A DNA stretch of 63,454 bases, filler included, from Squatina squatina (Eukaryota), in the NCBI GenBank assembly GCA_031763465.1. It is 3 parts of 3 records of this genome, joined end to end, with 100 filler letters (N's around TTAATTAATTAA, not from the genome) between each part and the next. Parts side by side here need not be neighbours in the genome. Positions count along the whole stretch, not along the records: positions 39,297 to 63,454 come from JARFOE010000162.1; 2 more parts are not named here. The stretch is one strand, 5' to 3'. The position numbers were made by a program, and so were the translations under genes. Positions 50,090 to 63,311 of the stretch are shown here, one piece after another; position 1 is the stretch's first letter; each line of letters opens with the position of its first letter. The notes under the pieces are model-generated. The model worked only from the letters and a program-made list of their open reading frames with translations, did not search any database and had not been told where the DNA came from.

Positions 50090-52934
50090 GTAAGGATTTC
50101 TCCTCTAACCCCAGTTTACACGCTGTTCAAACCCTCGGCAGTCAGTTGCTTTCAGATTGTGAAATAGTGTGAACTGTAACTGTGTCGGACATTCGGTGGA
50201 GCTTGAATGAACAACACCTCAACCTGTCATTCCTGGACTCGTTGCCTCTTGAATTAACCTCTGTTGTTGTTGGGTGACAGGATCGGTGTATTGGTAGCTG
50301 AACTGGAAAAGTCCTGTCGTTGATTGTTAATCTCCCTTGCTCTAGAATAACTGAAGGGCAAATATGAATTAGGAAATCATTTCAATTTAACTTAATTTTT
50401 CTCACTGACCAATAGAAGTTGAGAGTTGCGACCGGTTTAGTACAGTTATTATAGTTGGTCCAATTTTGAGTTGCCGTCTGATCTGATTAATGAATTAATA
50501 TTAGTTCTTCAAAAGGAAGCGCGTGTCAGCGATACCAACCACCGCTACAATTCATTTGCTTCCTTATGTGGTTCTTACGAGCGTCATTTTCTTTAATTTG
50601 TGTTTCAAAATCTTGTGTAAAATGGCAGCTATTTTCCATAGTAATTGTGTAATTCTTCATTTTTAAATTCAATTTTTAAGTAACCTTTCCGAATGTTGCA
50701 AATTCTAGCAAAAGTGAAATGTTTGGCTTTTTAAATCGAATTACTAATGATATTACTAATGATACAACCCTGTTTCTGATTCTAAATACAAATCTTCATT
50801 TTGGTTAGACCATGTGATTCAGCTCAGACAAATAATATAAAAATTACCTCTATCATTTGCGTAAGAGGAAGTAGGGTTCTTTGAGGACATGGCATGACTA
50901 ACATGCATTACTGTAGTAAGGGACAACAATTACATTATCTTATAATTGCCTGTCAGCAGATTCTATTGGCACATTAGACAATCAAATAATGCTTAACTTA
51001 AATGCAAGAATTTTGAATGCACAAAGAAACCAAGGGTAGCCACATTAGGAGCATTTACAGTATGTAAAGAAAATGCAAAGGAAAAGATTCAGAGTTGGTT
51101 TGGTGCCTTTTCTGGTTATTTCTTTTTAGTAGAATATTGAGCAAGAAATGTTACCATTCTGAAATAAATTGTAAGCTTAATTGATTAGAAATTGGCTGCA
51201 AAACAGAAATGATCTTTTGAAATCTTGCATTTCATTCTTTTCACATGCTGGAAGTACAAGGTCTGACTTCTGCCTTGAATGTTTGAGTCCCAAGGTGCAG
51301 ATCACATCTCACAGAATGCCTGTGATTGTGTTGGGATTTGGCCTGGTTTTGTTTAATAACTAAGCTGGCATTGATCAATAGCCTGAATCCAATCTGAATA
51401 CAGTTCCAGTAACATTGGACAGTTTTTTCAGTAGTGCACCAAGATCTCCATACATGCCTAAACTATATGTGAAAAATGCATTTTATTTTTGCTGTTGTAT
51501 TTACCCTGCCTGCACCTATTGGGATGTACTCGGGATCTACTTGAATAATGAAATGAGAAGAATTTTCCCCAGCGTATGTACAAAGGCGTATTGTATGTGC
51601 AGATTAGATCCAGGTGAACCTCCAGTGTAATGTGAGCTCATTGTAGATGTAAAGAATCCTAATTTATTTTAAAATAGTTTGGGGGGAAATTGAGACAGAG
51701 TATAGCCGCTGACCGTCCTGTAGATTGGACCATACAAAATGTATCCATGTAATCTGTTGAAAGATGGACCCTTACCTGCTGGGGGAGCCCCTACATCTTC
51801 TGTGCATGTCACGTCAATGGTCAGGTTGCGCACAGAATTGATTTAAATATNNNNNNNNNNNNNNNNNNNNNNNNNNNNNNNNNNNNNNNNNNNNNNNNNN
51901 NNNNNNNNNNNNNNNNNNNNNNNNNNNNNNNNNNNNNNNNNNNNNNNNNNTATGACTTGTGAACCATTACATAAGCTCACTGAGCTACCAGGAATGGTTT
52001 TATGTCTCATAACCTGATAGCTGCCATCACACAACCATCATTGGTGCTTGCTATGTTAAGCAGCCAAATGTTTGCTCCACTACAAATCCACTTTGAAAAG
52101 ACAAAATCTGTAACTGGAGATTTTTGACATTTCAACTAGACAGCAGAAAAAATGATGTCAATGATTATTACATTTTATTGAAATCCAGGTAATGGCAGTG
52201 AAATGTTTTTTTCAAATAAAAAAAAAAAAATCTGGCTCAATTAGGCCAAACCTAATCTTCCCAGAATTTTTGTTTGTCTGGTATCCAGAAAAGGTAAAAC
52301 TCTCCAACCAACATCAGTTGAGCAGCTTCAGTGGAGAGGCTGATCTCCTTTTGGAAAAAGCTATTGTTCCGGTCCAGTCCCAATGGGTAGAACTGTTTTT
52401 AAGCTTGCAGTTGGAGGTACTTTTATTAATTGAAACCATCACGGTATAATTTGCTGTGCTATCAGTGATCAATCTATTTGAAATTATTAGTGGTTCCTAT
52501 TTCCTAATCCAATAGGTCAATGTACTCGGGTAAATTTTTTTTAGAAGCAAGTCAGATTTGTGCAAATATATGAATTTCTACAAGAAAATTTTTTTTTTTT
52601 AATAGATGTATACACAATTTTCTCAAAGCTGATTAAAACATGTGACTAATTACAAAGAAAATTGTGCTCAACAGGCACACATTTGCTGTAAGGTAATAGG
52701 ACCTCGATAAGTAACATATTCCATTGCACTTAGTAAATATTAGTGCTGACAAAGCCCAACATGTAATTTCTTATATATATGCATAAGCTTAAAGAAGGGA
52801 TAGCAGAATTGTCAGAGTAAAATCACCAACCACTTCATGAGACAAAATTTTATGTACAGAATAATGGTACTTCTGACATCCTGTAATCTTATTTAGTATA
52901 TACACATGCACTACCATTTATTAATTTTAAATGT

Positions 52935-53033
52935 TCAACTCAGCAGATGTTTCTTTCCCAAGAACTGAACTTTTCTGTCAAACGCTGTTGATCGAACAAG
53001 GGTGTTGGGTTCATAAAATGGATTCATGGCAAA
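52935..53033 (-). CDS. TRAPPC2: Sedlin / TRAPP subunit 2, last coding exon
   Basis: ctttccag acceptor; [32 protein letters not shown] matches the recalled TRAPPC2 C-terminus. Confidence 0.96.
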   Translation of the reverse strand, partial: FAMNPFYEPNTLVRSTAFDRKVQFLGKKHLLS

Positions 53034-53620
53034 CTGGAAAGAAAAGTACATTAGTGTGGAGATGTTTAAACATTAAAAACAAAATTGTACAGTAATTATA
53101 AAGATAAACAGATCCAGGATCAGCAGTGTTTGGCTATAGTTATTTAAAATAATATTTTAGATCTAAGATATGGACAGTTAGAGTCATGCAGAACTAAAAT
53201 GTTGCCCATATAGATTTAATGATAGGTCATTAGCTATTACAGATATCATAATATTTAGTTATCATACAGATTTTTGTGGGAAGATACAGTTTTGCTTTTT
53301 TGCCCAAGACCCAACAGGAGGTCCTCCCTGCCCACCCTCTCAAACATGAAGCAGGTCTTTTAGCTCACTGCCTACATTCAACTAACACTAACTTTCCACA
53401 CTGCATTCAGGATAGTCTCATCACAAGCCCATTAAAATCAGATCTCAGTATTTACTGGTTAATCTAAAGCTATTCTTTATGAACATATGGAATAGAAGAG
53501 TATTAATTGTCAAGATTACGTAATCAGACAAGTTAAAGTTCAACAGTATGACATCCTAATTTTCATCTGTCCCAGTGGGAAAACAAGACTGAATAGAATA
53601 AAATTGTAAAATCTGCTTAC

Positions 53621-53706
53621 TTTAATGTACAAATCATAGACATCATTAAAGAAATTTTTTATTCCATCTTCTTGCCGAACATCATGCAACATACTGAATC
53701 TCATAT
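53621..53706 (-). CDS. TRAPPC2: Sedlin / TRAPP subunit 2, penultimate coding exon (preceded by an AC acceptor)
   Basis: The 86 nt encode (H)[28 protein letters not shown] with a GTAAGC donor. Homology stops at ...ggatcAC|ATATGAGA. Confidence 0.94.
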
Positions 53707-53814
53707 GTGATCCACTGCTTGCATACACTGATATTGAAATCAATTAACAATCAATATTTGTGATATATTTGTTACATACCTGGCCCTCCCAGTACATTGA
53801 AACATTTGCCCTTT

Positions 53815-54062
53815 ACTGATATACAGTATGTGGTACACTGTGTACATCCACTGATGTACTATATTCCATATGCCATACTTTGGGTACATAGATTAGCATT
53901 CTATGTGGTATTGTGTACATACACTTATTTATTGAATATATACAGCATGCCATACACTGACATAATGTATATGGTACTGTGTACTTGCATTCTGCATGTT
54001 GTTTACATACTCTGATGTACATACACTGATACACTGTATGCCGCACAATGTGTACGCACACT
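53815..54062. repeat. Low-complexity degenerate tandem repeat (tgtacatacactga-like) in the TRAPPC2 intron
   Basis: Recurrent tacactg, gtacat and tatgtggta motifs. Confidence 0.6.
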
Positions 54063-57000
54063 GCAAAGGATATTAAGAGGCATACGCCTGAAACAAGCAA
54101 ACGCTTCATGATAGCTTGGTCAGGATGTGCCAGCTATCCATGTCCCCAGTGGGTTGGCTGAGGGAAAGTGGAAATGTACCCAATATGCTTCCATGGTTTT
54201 TGTATATAAATCATTGCTGCAAGGATAGATCCTTTTTCTTGGTGGCTCTGCGGCTCTTCCAGTGATTCTGTTCCCACATGGCCCTTGATTCAGAAGATTT
54301 CACTTTTTAAAACTTGGAATCTGAAGTGTGTGTGTCTCTGCTAATGTTTTTCCCTGTTGGTACATCACAAGACCCAGGTTGTACAGGATCGAGTTTGTAC
54401 AGGACCTAGAGTGAGCAGAGTCCCTACAGGCTCTTGAGTAGACATGTCGCTTTAAGATTTATGATCACACAGGAATACCTCTGCGCTGGTTATTTTCTTT
54501 ATAAAGCAACTTGTTCAAAGCAAATGTAATCCCTTCAGATTCTGTTATAGAAAACTGGAAATATGCAGCACAACCTCAGTGACAGAAGTGTGCGAAGAAA
54601 AAGAACTGAGACTGAAGCTGCTGAAATGCTTCTAACCCAGTTAAAAATAGAAGCTGAATTAAATCGTAAAGACCTGAATTCCCTTGATATTTACAAATGT
54701 TTTAAAAGTTACAAAAAACCCTTCAACCATGTTTGAGGGTGAATATCGTGATTCCCTCAACAGAAATTTTGGATCCTAAGCTTTGGGATGTTTATGTATC
54801 GACTACAAAGCCACTGTGTCCATTTCTCTCCTTCATTAATGATTCACTTTTTTTGCTACGAGTGATGCATTATTAATGCCCAATTTGAAACTTCCAGCAC
54901 TGCCAATCAGTATTCTAGTTATTAATGTGGCTAAATAAACCATGAGCATTCACTTCTGCAAAGCAGCGCTTGTCAACAAGCCACTACTTTAAGCAGTAAA
55001 TGCATTGCGTGAATTAATATTCATGATGAAATGAAGTAAGGGATTGTGTTAAATGCCGTCTACAACCTCAGTGGTGTTATGAATGTCTCCTTGGTTTTCA
55101 AAAAAACACAGTGAAGGAGCTAGACAGACAAGAAGCCTTTTTCGGAATTCCTTCTGGCTGCCCCGGCCTGTGTTCATTCACTGGCACTTCGCCCTAAGCT
55201 ACTTTGTGGAATAGAATTCTGAACCGGAGCCAATCATGTTGGTTAGTATTCCAGCAGGGTGTGCTGGATATTGGCAATAGGCGCATAATAAACTGACACA
55301 CTTGTGGCATTGAAATCCCTTGTCACCCCTAGTGAGAGGGATGATGGGTGTATCTGATCCTGTGGTTGAAAGAGCAGGGTTAAAGCTGTAGTGACCTTTA
55401 TTGAGATCCTGTTTATGACCTTGTTAACCTTTGGCAATTGTCTGACTACTGGTGTCCTGGGAACCAGAGGTTTGTTTTCTCAAAGGTGGCAAAGCTTTAG
55501 AAATATGCAACCAGTGTTTATTGTACTAGTTGCATGTTATTTAATAGAAATTAGCTAACGAGCCATGGGGGCTTCTGACTGGGGCANNNNNNNNNNNNNN
55601 NNNNNNNNNNNNNNNNNNNNNNNNNNNNNNNNNNNNNNNNNNNNNNNNNNNNNNNNNNNNNNNNNNNNNNNNNNNNNNNNNNNNNNCTGCTAAATCTGGA
55701 CGAGTAGGTTCTGGTAATCTAGGCTGGTTATATGGGCCACAAGAATTAAACTTTTGACATGGAACTGTTTTACCCTGTGTCGTGGTATCACTGCATGTAT
55801 CAGACAGTAAAAAATATTTTGAGCATAATTCTGTACAAAAACTGGGTTACAGATTTCTTGGAAATAGTTTCAGTTCAGGGTAAGCCAACTGAAAACCAAC
55901 ACTCTCTTTGCTCTAGTTTGTCACTGAGGAAGAGCTTATAGTTCATGAAGACTTTTTAGCAATTTCACAGCTATTTGGTCTCCCAACAGTTGCAATATTG
56001 CATGAAAAATTCAATGTAGAAGACTCCAGAATCTATCTTGAATATAGCTTCACTCAATCACTTTGCTTTTCAGAATCATCATTTTCACTGGTAAGTTTAC
56101 CTTTTTACAGTTTGTTGTGTTTGTGGGATTCTCTTCTATTCCTGGCTCTCGGTGGTAATAAATGGTAGCCGCCATCTAGATTTCTAGTTCATTTTGACCA
56201 CTGATGTGCGCATTTTTCTATCTCGTCTGTGTGCTCATGCAGGCAGCAGAGATTTATTTAAAAAGAACTCACTAATCATGATTTTCCGCAGCAGTGGTGC
56301 TTGCACTTTTGACAGCTTTCATTTATCAAAAGAAGTGTTTACAGATTTAGGTCGTTAGTCTGTTAGTTGTTACATATTAACAGTTTTCATTCCTTTACAG
56401 TTTAAAAAAAATTAAAACCTTTTCTGGCCCTCGTTCCAATGCATCATAAAGCAGTGCTTAGTATGAAAGATCCCGTAATATGTAGAAGCAAGAGGTGTGA
56501 GTTATAATGGTCTTTCATGAGTGGAAAAAATGCCTGGAATGCTGCGCCCCTGGTGAAACATGTTTATTCTTTGGGTGCATGGTAGGACATAAACCAGTGG
56601 TATGTCTTGAAATGAGTTATTGGGCATAATGCAGATCTGCCAGATGTTAAGTGCTCACTATTTTTGTCTCTCATATTTTAAAAATACGAATGATCACTTT
56701 TGGTTTCCAGAAGTTATAAAACTTCAATCCTTAGGATTGTGCAATTACTAATTATGCCCCAAAATAAATTATATTATTGATGAGGTAAAAGAAAATACAA
56801 GATGTGCTTGGGTTGGCATTGTTTTTTTTCCCCTTTGACTGTATTTTTAAAATGGTTTCCCTTCCCCCAGCTGCCTAGGTTTCTAATCCCCATAGGGCTG
56901 ATGCAGTGAACTTGGCGAGAATGGAGGTGGGATCACGTCGCTCCTGTCACCCTTCACAAACTGGAGAGAGTAGCTGACCATGCCCAATTCATTAGGTGGT

Positions 57001-57470
57001 CCTTGAATGTCAGGTCACTCTGTAAGCCCTGAATTGGCCTTCAGGTTTCTACCAATCCTGCCTTATATCCAGCCATTATTGTTTAATTTTACATCAGATT
57101 AATAAATTAGACTTTTCTAGCAGTGCATTTAAATTCTTTTTACATGCCACTCTGTGTTGTTGGTTTAGGACCCAACATACATCTACTGTATGAGTTCTGT
57201 TAGCACATGGATCCTTATTTGGGAGAATCCATTGTGATGTGTTACTTTGGCAGAGTGGTAACCAAAATATGACTATCTGATGAGACATGCTTATGGGACA
57301 TCCAATCAAATAATCAAACTTTGGTTCCTTCACCTCTTTGACATTGTTTGCTTGTAGAGAATTGGAATCTNNNNNNNNNNNNNNNNNNNNNNNNNNNNNN
57401 NNNNNNNNNNNNNNNNNNNNNNNNNNNNNNNNNNNNNNNNNNNNNNNNNNNNNNNNNNNNNNNNNNNNNN

Positions 57471-58007
57471 CCTCCACCATTTCCATCACCTCCAGCATGA
57501 TCCCACCACCAAACACATCTTCCCCTCCAGTGTTCCAAAGAGACCGTTCCCTCCGAGACACTCTGGTCCACTCGTCAATCACCCCGAACACCCCATCCTC
57601 TTTCCAGGCACCTTCCCATGCAAGTGTAGGAGATGCAACGTGTTCCCTTTTACCTCCTCCCTTCCCACTGTCCAGGGCCCCAAACAATCCTTCCAGCTGA
57701 AACAGCAATTTGTACCACGTGCAAATTGGTATATTGTATTTGCTGATCACGATGCGGTCTCTTCTCATTAGAGACACCAAATGCAGATTGGGTGACCACT
57801 TTGCAGAATACCTCTGTTCAATCCGTAAGCGTGACCCCAAGTTTCTGGTCGCCTGTCACTTTAATTCTCCGCTCCACTCCCACTCTGATCTCTCCGTCCA
57901 CGGCCTCTTACACTGTTCTAACGAAGCTCAACATAAGCTCCAGGAATCTTTTGATTAGGCATCTTTACAGCCTTCTGGACTCAACATTGAGTTCAACAAT
58001 TTCAGAC
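57471..58007 (+). mobile_element. Penelope-like element GIY-YIG endonuclease region, frameshifted
   Basis: HFHHLQHDPTTKHIFP, FQRDRSLRDTLVHSS, GTFPCKCRRC, DTKCRLGDHFAEYLCSIR, VACHFNS and LQPSGLNIEFNNFR are typical vertebrate Penelope motifs. Confidence 0.9.
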
Positions 58008-58559
58008 NNNNNNNNNNNNNNNNNNNNNNNNNNNNNNNNNNNNNNNNNNNNNNNNNNNNNNNNNNNNNNNNNNNNNNNNNNNNNNNNNNNNNNNNNNNNN
58101 NNNNNNNCAGCCCTATGAGACTACACATTTCTGTAGACAGACTATATGTGAGGAAAAGAGCAACAACAGTGCAAGACCAGCAGAACTTCTCTCGATGCAG
58201 ACAACGTGAACATTCAAGAGTAATACATCACATCAAAAAACATTCAGAAGTCCTGATTGGCCAAGTTTCTAGGCTGATGGACCAAGTGGCCTCCTTCTGT
58301 ATTTTGTCCATGTAACTCGAATTCACTCTGTGTCTATTCACATTCAAATTTTGGCTGCCACTTCAGCTACGAGCCTATTGCTTCTATGTCCTTATTTTTT
58401 TTGGGCCCCTCTTGATCCTTTTTCTCCTTTCCTTTCTGTTTCTTGTCACCCAGCCATGATTCCTTTTGTTTCTCCACTGTCAGAAACTTTGCCCCTGTTC
58501 CCTATCCCTACCCATCATTACTCCTCTGTCTCTATTTTCTTTTGCTGCTGTCTGAGGCT

Positions 58560-59875
58560 TGCATTCCCATAGCTACCCTCTGTGCCTCTCCTGACTTTCT
58601 CCGAAGGACCCTTCGAGGCACCCGTCACTATCTGTTTATGAGTAGCAATCCCGACCAATGCTTCCACCTCTCTCGCCAAGCTTCCTGCCCAGAGCATAAT
58701 CTGGAGACTAACCTCACTAATCTCATTTACATCCTGCTCACCCCAGCTATCACTGCCCCCTTGGACTCTACCAATGGATCAGTCGCCACCCTTCTGCGCA
58801 TTTCCCTCCAGCATGTCCGTTCACACGTGAACAAGGCAATTGCCATCCATGGCCTTATTGGTTGCTTTGACTGAAATGTGGCTCAAAGGTGGTGATACCT
58901 TGTCCCTTGCTGAAGCTTCCCTGCCTGCCTATACTTTCATCACCTGCACCGGCCAAGCCATCATGGTGACGGTGTGGCCCTTGCTACCAAATTACACCTT
59001 GAACACTTGTTCCACCCCTCCCACTTCTTCTTTAAAATCCTTGTTGACTATCGCACCCCCCCACAAGTTTCTCAATGAGACATCCTCTCTCCTTTCCTCC
59101 TTCAGCCTCTGCACTGTGATTCCTCTTCCTCAGTGATTTCAATCTTTATCACAGCTCCCTCGCTCTGTCTCCTCTGAATTCACTAACCTCCTATCTTCCC
59201 TTATCCTCTCCCTCCATATAACCTCTCCTATCCAGACTTCTAGACAAGACCATCTCCAAACAATTCCTTATATCCCTCACCACTCACATCCCCACTTCCT
59301 TACATGTCCATACCTGGAAAAGAATTCTCTCCCAAATCACTGACGACTGCACTTTCTACTTCCCAACTGCCAAGCTTTTGGCCCTCCATTCACCATAATA
59401 CATTTGCAGCTGTCTATCTGCTTAACTACTCCATCATATTTGCCTTTGATGCCCATGTCCCCAGCAAAATCTTTACTCTTTCTGATTCCAGTTGTTCCCC
59501 CTAGTACGGCCCCCATCTTTGATCCCTCAAGACCAGCTAATTTGCATCCATCACCATATCTGGCTGCATCACATCAAGCAATAATCGGACATCTCTCAAA
59601 CCACCCACTACTCCAAGATCATCCTTTTCTCCACCACTAACTGTCTCCTTAAACCTCTGCCCCCTCCACCCTTACCTCCAAAACAAGTGCAAGGAGTTCA
59701 TGAACTTCTTTATTACTAAATTTGAGACCATCCATTCAGCTGCTGCTGCTGCTTCCCCTTGTCCACCAAGCCAAACCTCCCCCCATTCTCCCTGGCCTAC
59801 CCCTGAACCCGCATCTTCCTCCAATTTCCCTCGTATCTCCCGTCATGCCCTCTCCAAGCTCAACTTGTCCATGAA
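58560..59875 (+). mobile_element. L2 LINE ORF2 (endonuclease to linker), decayed
   Basis: LRISLQHVRSHVNKAIAIH, ALTEMWLKGGD, CKEFMNFFITKFETIHS and ALSKLNLSM, on a C-rich sense strand typical of L2. Confidence 0.85.
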
Positions 59876-62059
59876 TCAAACCACTGGTGCTTTTTTGGCT
59901 GGGTGAGATTTCAGTGCGGATACAACAGAAACATGAGTCTCATAGGCAAAGCAAAGAGCCTTTGTTTTGGTATTTTTGTCATGATTTCTGAAGGCTTTGT
60001 GCAGCTAATTAATTTCCTGCAGTCTGAAAGAACTGCAGTAAGGCACAGGGCAGATGCCATACAAGGAGAGCTTGTTTCCTACACTGACATTTTCTCTCCT
60101 GATTTTAGAGCACCGTCATCTGTTAAATGACTTTTTTTTCCCGTCTCTGTAGAGTTGTGGTCTATTTCAGGAAGGCCAGTTAGCTTTTATTACTTGACAA
60201 TGACCTTTTCAAAAAATATTGATATATAAATATCCTTAGGTTTTTGGAAGATGCATATTAAAAGTATTCGTGCCAAACTGACTTAACCCTCTGCTCTACA
60301 GTACTAAGCATGATGTCACGAAGCATATTTCTATAATTGGGAAAAATATGATGTGAAGCCCTTTGGCTAGCCCATTATCTATTGGTATCAATATTTTTCA
60401 TCAGCTAGGGCTTGCGGTCCAAACCAGACTTGATGCTTCATCTGAGGTAAATGCTATGTTTTGACCTCAACTGCACTAAACTGCAATTCCCATATAAGGT
60501 CATTTTCTTCTGTACTCCTTTCATTGTGTCCAAGTGCCCACTTCCATATTTTTTCTCAAACCTTTGGTGCAGAAGAGGCCATTTGCCCCATCATGCCAAT
60601 ACTAACAGCTACCTTGCTGTTTTCCTGTATCCAATAATATGTTTGCTCTTCAAGTGTCTATCTNNNNNNNNNNNNNNNNNNNNNNNNNNNNNNNNNNNNN
60701 NNNNNNNNNNNNNNNNNNNNNNNNNNNNNNNNNNNNNNNNNNNNNNNNNNNNNNNNNNNNNNNGGTGTTTTTTTTGGATTTGCAGTTGGAATAACAAATG
60801 GTGTCAAATACGTGAATAAATTCAAAGCTGAATCAGAACATTGTACAGACCCAATAAAAGCTTACTCATTCAAGCTGAATAATTATGAAGTTGTCAAGAT
60901 TGAAAGCAGAGAATGTGGTGGCGCAAGTGTGAGAGAGCGACAATGCATTCTTTTCAAGTCATGCAACCGATTCACTTCACAATCCGTTCATGAAGAGACT
61001 GCACTGCTACCAATATCCTCCAAAATAGTAATGCAGATTTGCTCTGAATCTGAAATTCTGATTTTAGAGTTTCATATAGTCAGAAATGTCCCAACTTGTA
61101 AAAGATGGCAAAATCAAGCAGGAATACTAACATGGGCCCCCTCTAGTCTGTCACAAATTCTGTTAAAATTGCTCTCAACTAAATAATTTATTGGAAGTGC
61201 TGTCTGAATGGAGCATAAAATGAACACAATAGAATGCAGCACCAGCTGATGTCCTTACTGTTTCTGGCATATCTCCTAGGAATTTCCTGATGCAAAATAT
61301 GAAGCATTTCCATTTCATTAGTCATCCTTCTTCCAGAAATGATGTCCTTTCCACAGATTATTCAGAGTATGATTACCAAAGCAGGAAATTAAAGATTTTG
61401 GAGGACTTCAGTGAATTAATAGTTTCATGAAAAATGTTTGATGTTGGATAAGTTTAGCATTTTAACTACACTACAATATTACATATTGCAGCACGTAGTA
61501 CAAAATCTGGTCGCATTTATCTTATTTATAGATCTGATAAAGTATCATCATAGTACACTCGTGTAAAGCTATTCATTTACTGGGCTTTCAATCAGATAAT
61601 TTAAAAAGGTAGGATCCCAATGAGGTACAGCTGGCTCTGGCTGGACAGAGTTACCATCTGCATTCATTGTGGCGTTCTGCAAGGCATTAAAGCAATGAAA
61701 TGCTTCAAGGAGAATTCTGATTGCCTGCAGTTACAGTGTGTGGGTTGCAGCCTGTGGTTCTGTACACAGAAAATTATTTTAAAATTTAAAAACGTGGTGG
61801 AGAGTTGTCTGGCTCCCTTCAAAATGGGTGATGTTAACAGTGGTTTTGGACTGAGGCCGACCAAGTATTTTTCAGAATAACATGGACATAGTTTCTCTCT
61901 GCACTGGCAATGCTTACTTTGGAGCAGCGGAGTACTAAGATCCACGACTGATACCGGACCAACAAAAGAACAAAGGGAAAGGTTAGATTTTGGTTTCTTA
62001 CTGAATGAGAATCCATCATAATATTTTTAAAAGGGGGCTGGATAAATATATCAGAAGGA

Positions 62060-62182
62060 AAACTATAAAAGAGTATAGAGAAAGGGCAAGGAAATTTGAC
62101 TAAATGGATAATAGTTTCAGAGATCCAGTGCAGGGTAATGGGCTGATTGATCACTTTCTGTGCTGCGAATTTCTATGATTCT
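62060..62182 (+). mobile_element. Degenerate CR1 3' end
   Basis: gagtatagagaaagggcagg-like start, atgggctga...ttctgtgctg and an atttctatgattct tail. Confidence 0.7.
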
Positions 62183-63311
62183 TGCCGACGATTTTCAAAT
62201 CAATGTGAAGTTGTTTTGGATGCACATCAACAAGAAAGTGGCTATGTAACTTGAGTTAAGTGCTTAAGTGACTCCTGAGCGTAATGCAGCTGTATGATGT
62301 GAAACCCTCTTCTGGAGACTTGTCTCACGTGCTTGGCTGTGATGTAACTGCAGCCCTGCCTAAGCTACATTCAAAAAAATGCTTTCAACTTTCAAAATGT
62401 TTTTAATCTTAGCAGAATGCGGAGGCCCTGCTAACATTGAAAAATAAAAATTACCTTGGGGGAGTGGGGTAAGTGGGGTGAGGAGGGGTGTGAGGCAGCT
62501 CTGTTCATCGATCCAAGCTTGCATGAAGCTCCTCAGTGCAAGCTGCAGCAATGCATAGTCAGAACCAAAATTCCAGTCTGCCAGCTGTGCATTGCACTCC
62601 ACAGCTACCAGTCTGAAACCAGTAGTTACAATATTAAACGTAGCAGCGCAGTGTCAAAATACAGTATTTTGACAGTTATCAATTCTCAGTCATTGGAATT
62701 GTTACTTGATATTTCAGTAAAATTTAAAAAATATCTTCTTGCCTTTCGTCTGGTTCTTTTGCCAATTATGTTGAGGGGGTTTTCTTTTTCAATCTCTAAA
62801 ATAAGTACTAAAAAGAATTCTGTGGTGCCAGCCCTTCCATTCTCTTTGTCTGCCAGAGGGGTGGAGCTATCGGGTGCAGTGAGCAAGTGGAGAGGCTTCC
62901 TGCAGCTTAACAAGTCTTGTCGGGGCAAAGACAAAATATTCACACATCACGGCTGATATCTGAGGCTTGTGTTCACTGTTAGTGTGGAGGGCCTTCCCGC
63001 ACCTTTAACGATTGCAACAATGCAACTCTCAAACCAGGAGGCAATCAAATCGTGGTTGGACCTTAAAACTACCTGTCACGATTTGTCAGTGGAATCTAAT
63101 CATTTTGGCACTATTTCACCTCTTCAGCAGAACGCACCCAGTTCTCCCCCCACCCCACCGCAGTCCAGGCTTCAGCTGCAATAACTAGCCAGTTCGCACA
63201 GAGCTTCAGTTTAATTCTGATGTTGTGGAACCTATTAAAGCTGGCTTTTCACAGGGAGAGATGATAGAATCTACCCCAGGACAGCATGAACTTGGCTGCA
63301 TGGTGCAGTCC

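Noticed and set aside
37816-53706. SMCHD1-TLN2-TRAPPC2 as a novel gene cluster or fusion
   Set aside because: The exons are on separate contigs divided by many 100-N gaps and a synthetic linker, and flanking exons are missing.
62456-62612. Minus-strand exon-like segment containing DYALLQL (serine-protease-like)
   Set aside because: The surrounding residues do not fit a trypsin fold and the acceptor is weak, so I cannot support it.
62652-62674. Perfect 11-bp-arm palindrome tgtcaaaatac-a-gtattttgaca
   Set aside because: It is short, AT-rich and isolated, which is plausible by chance in 63 kb.
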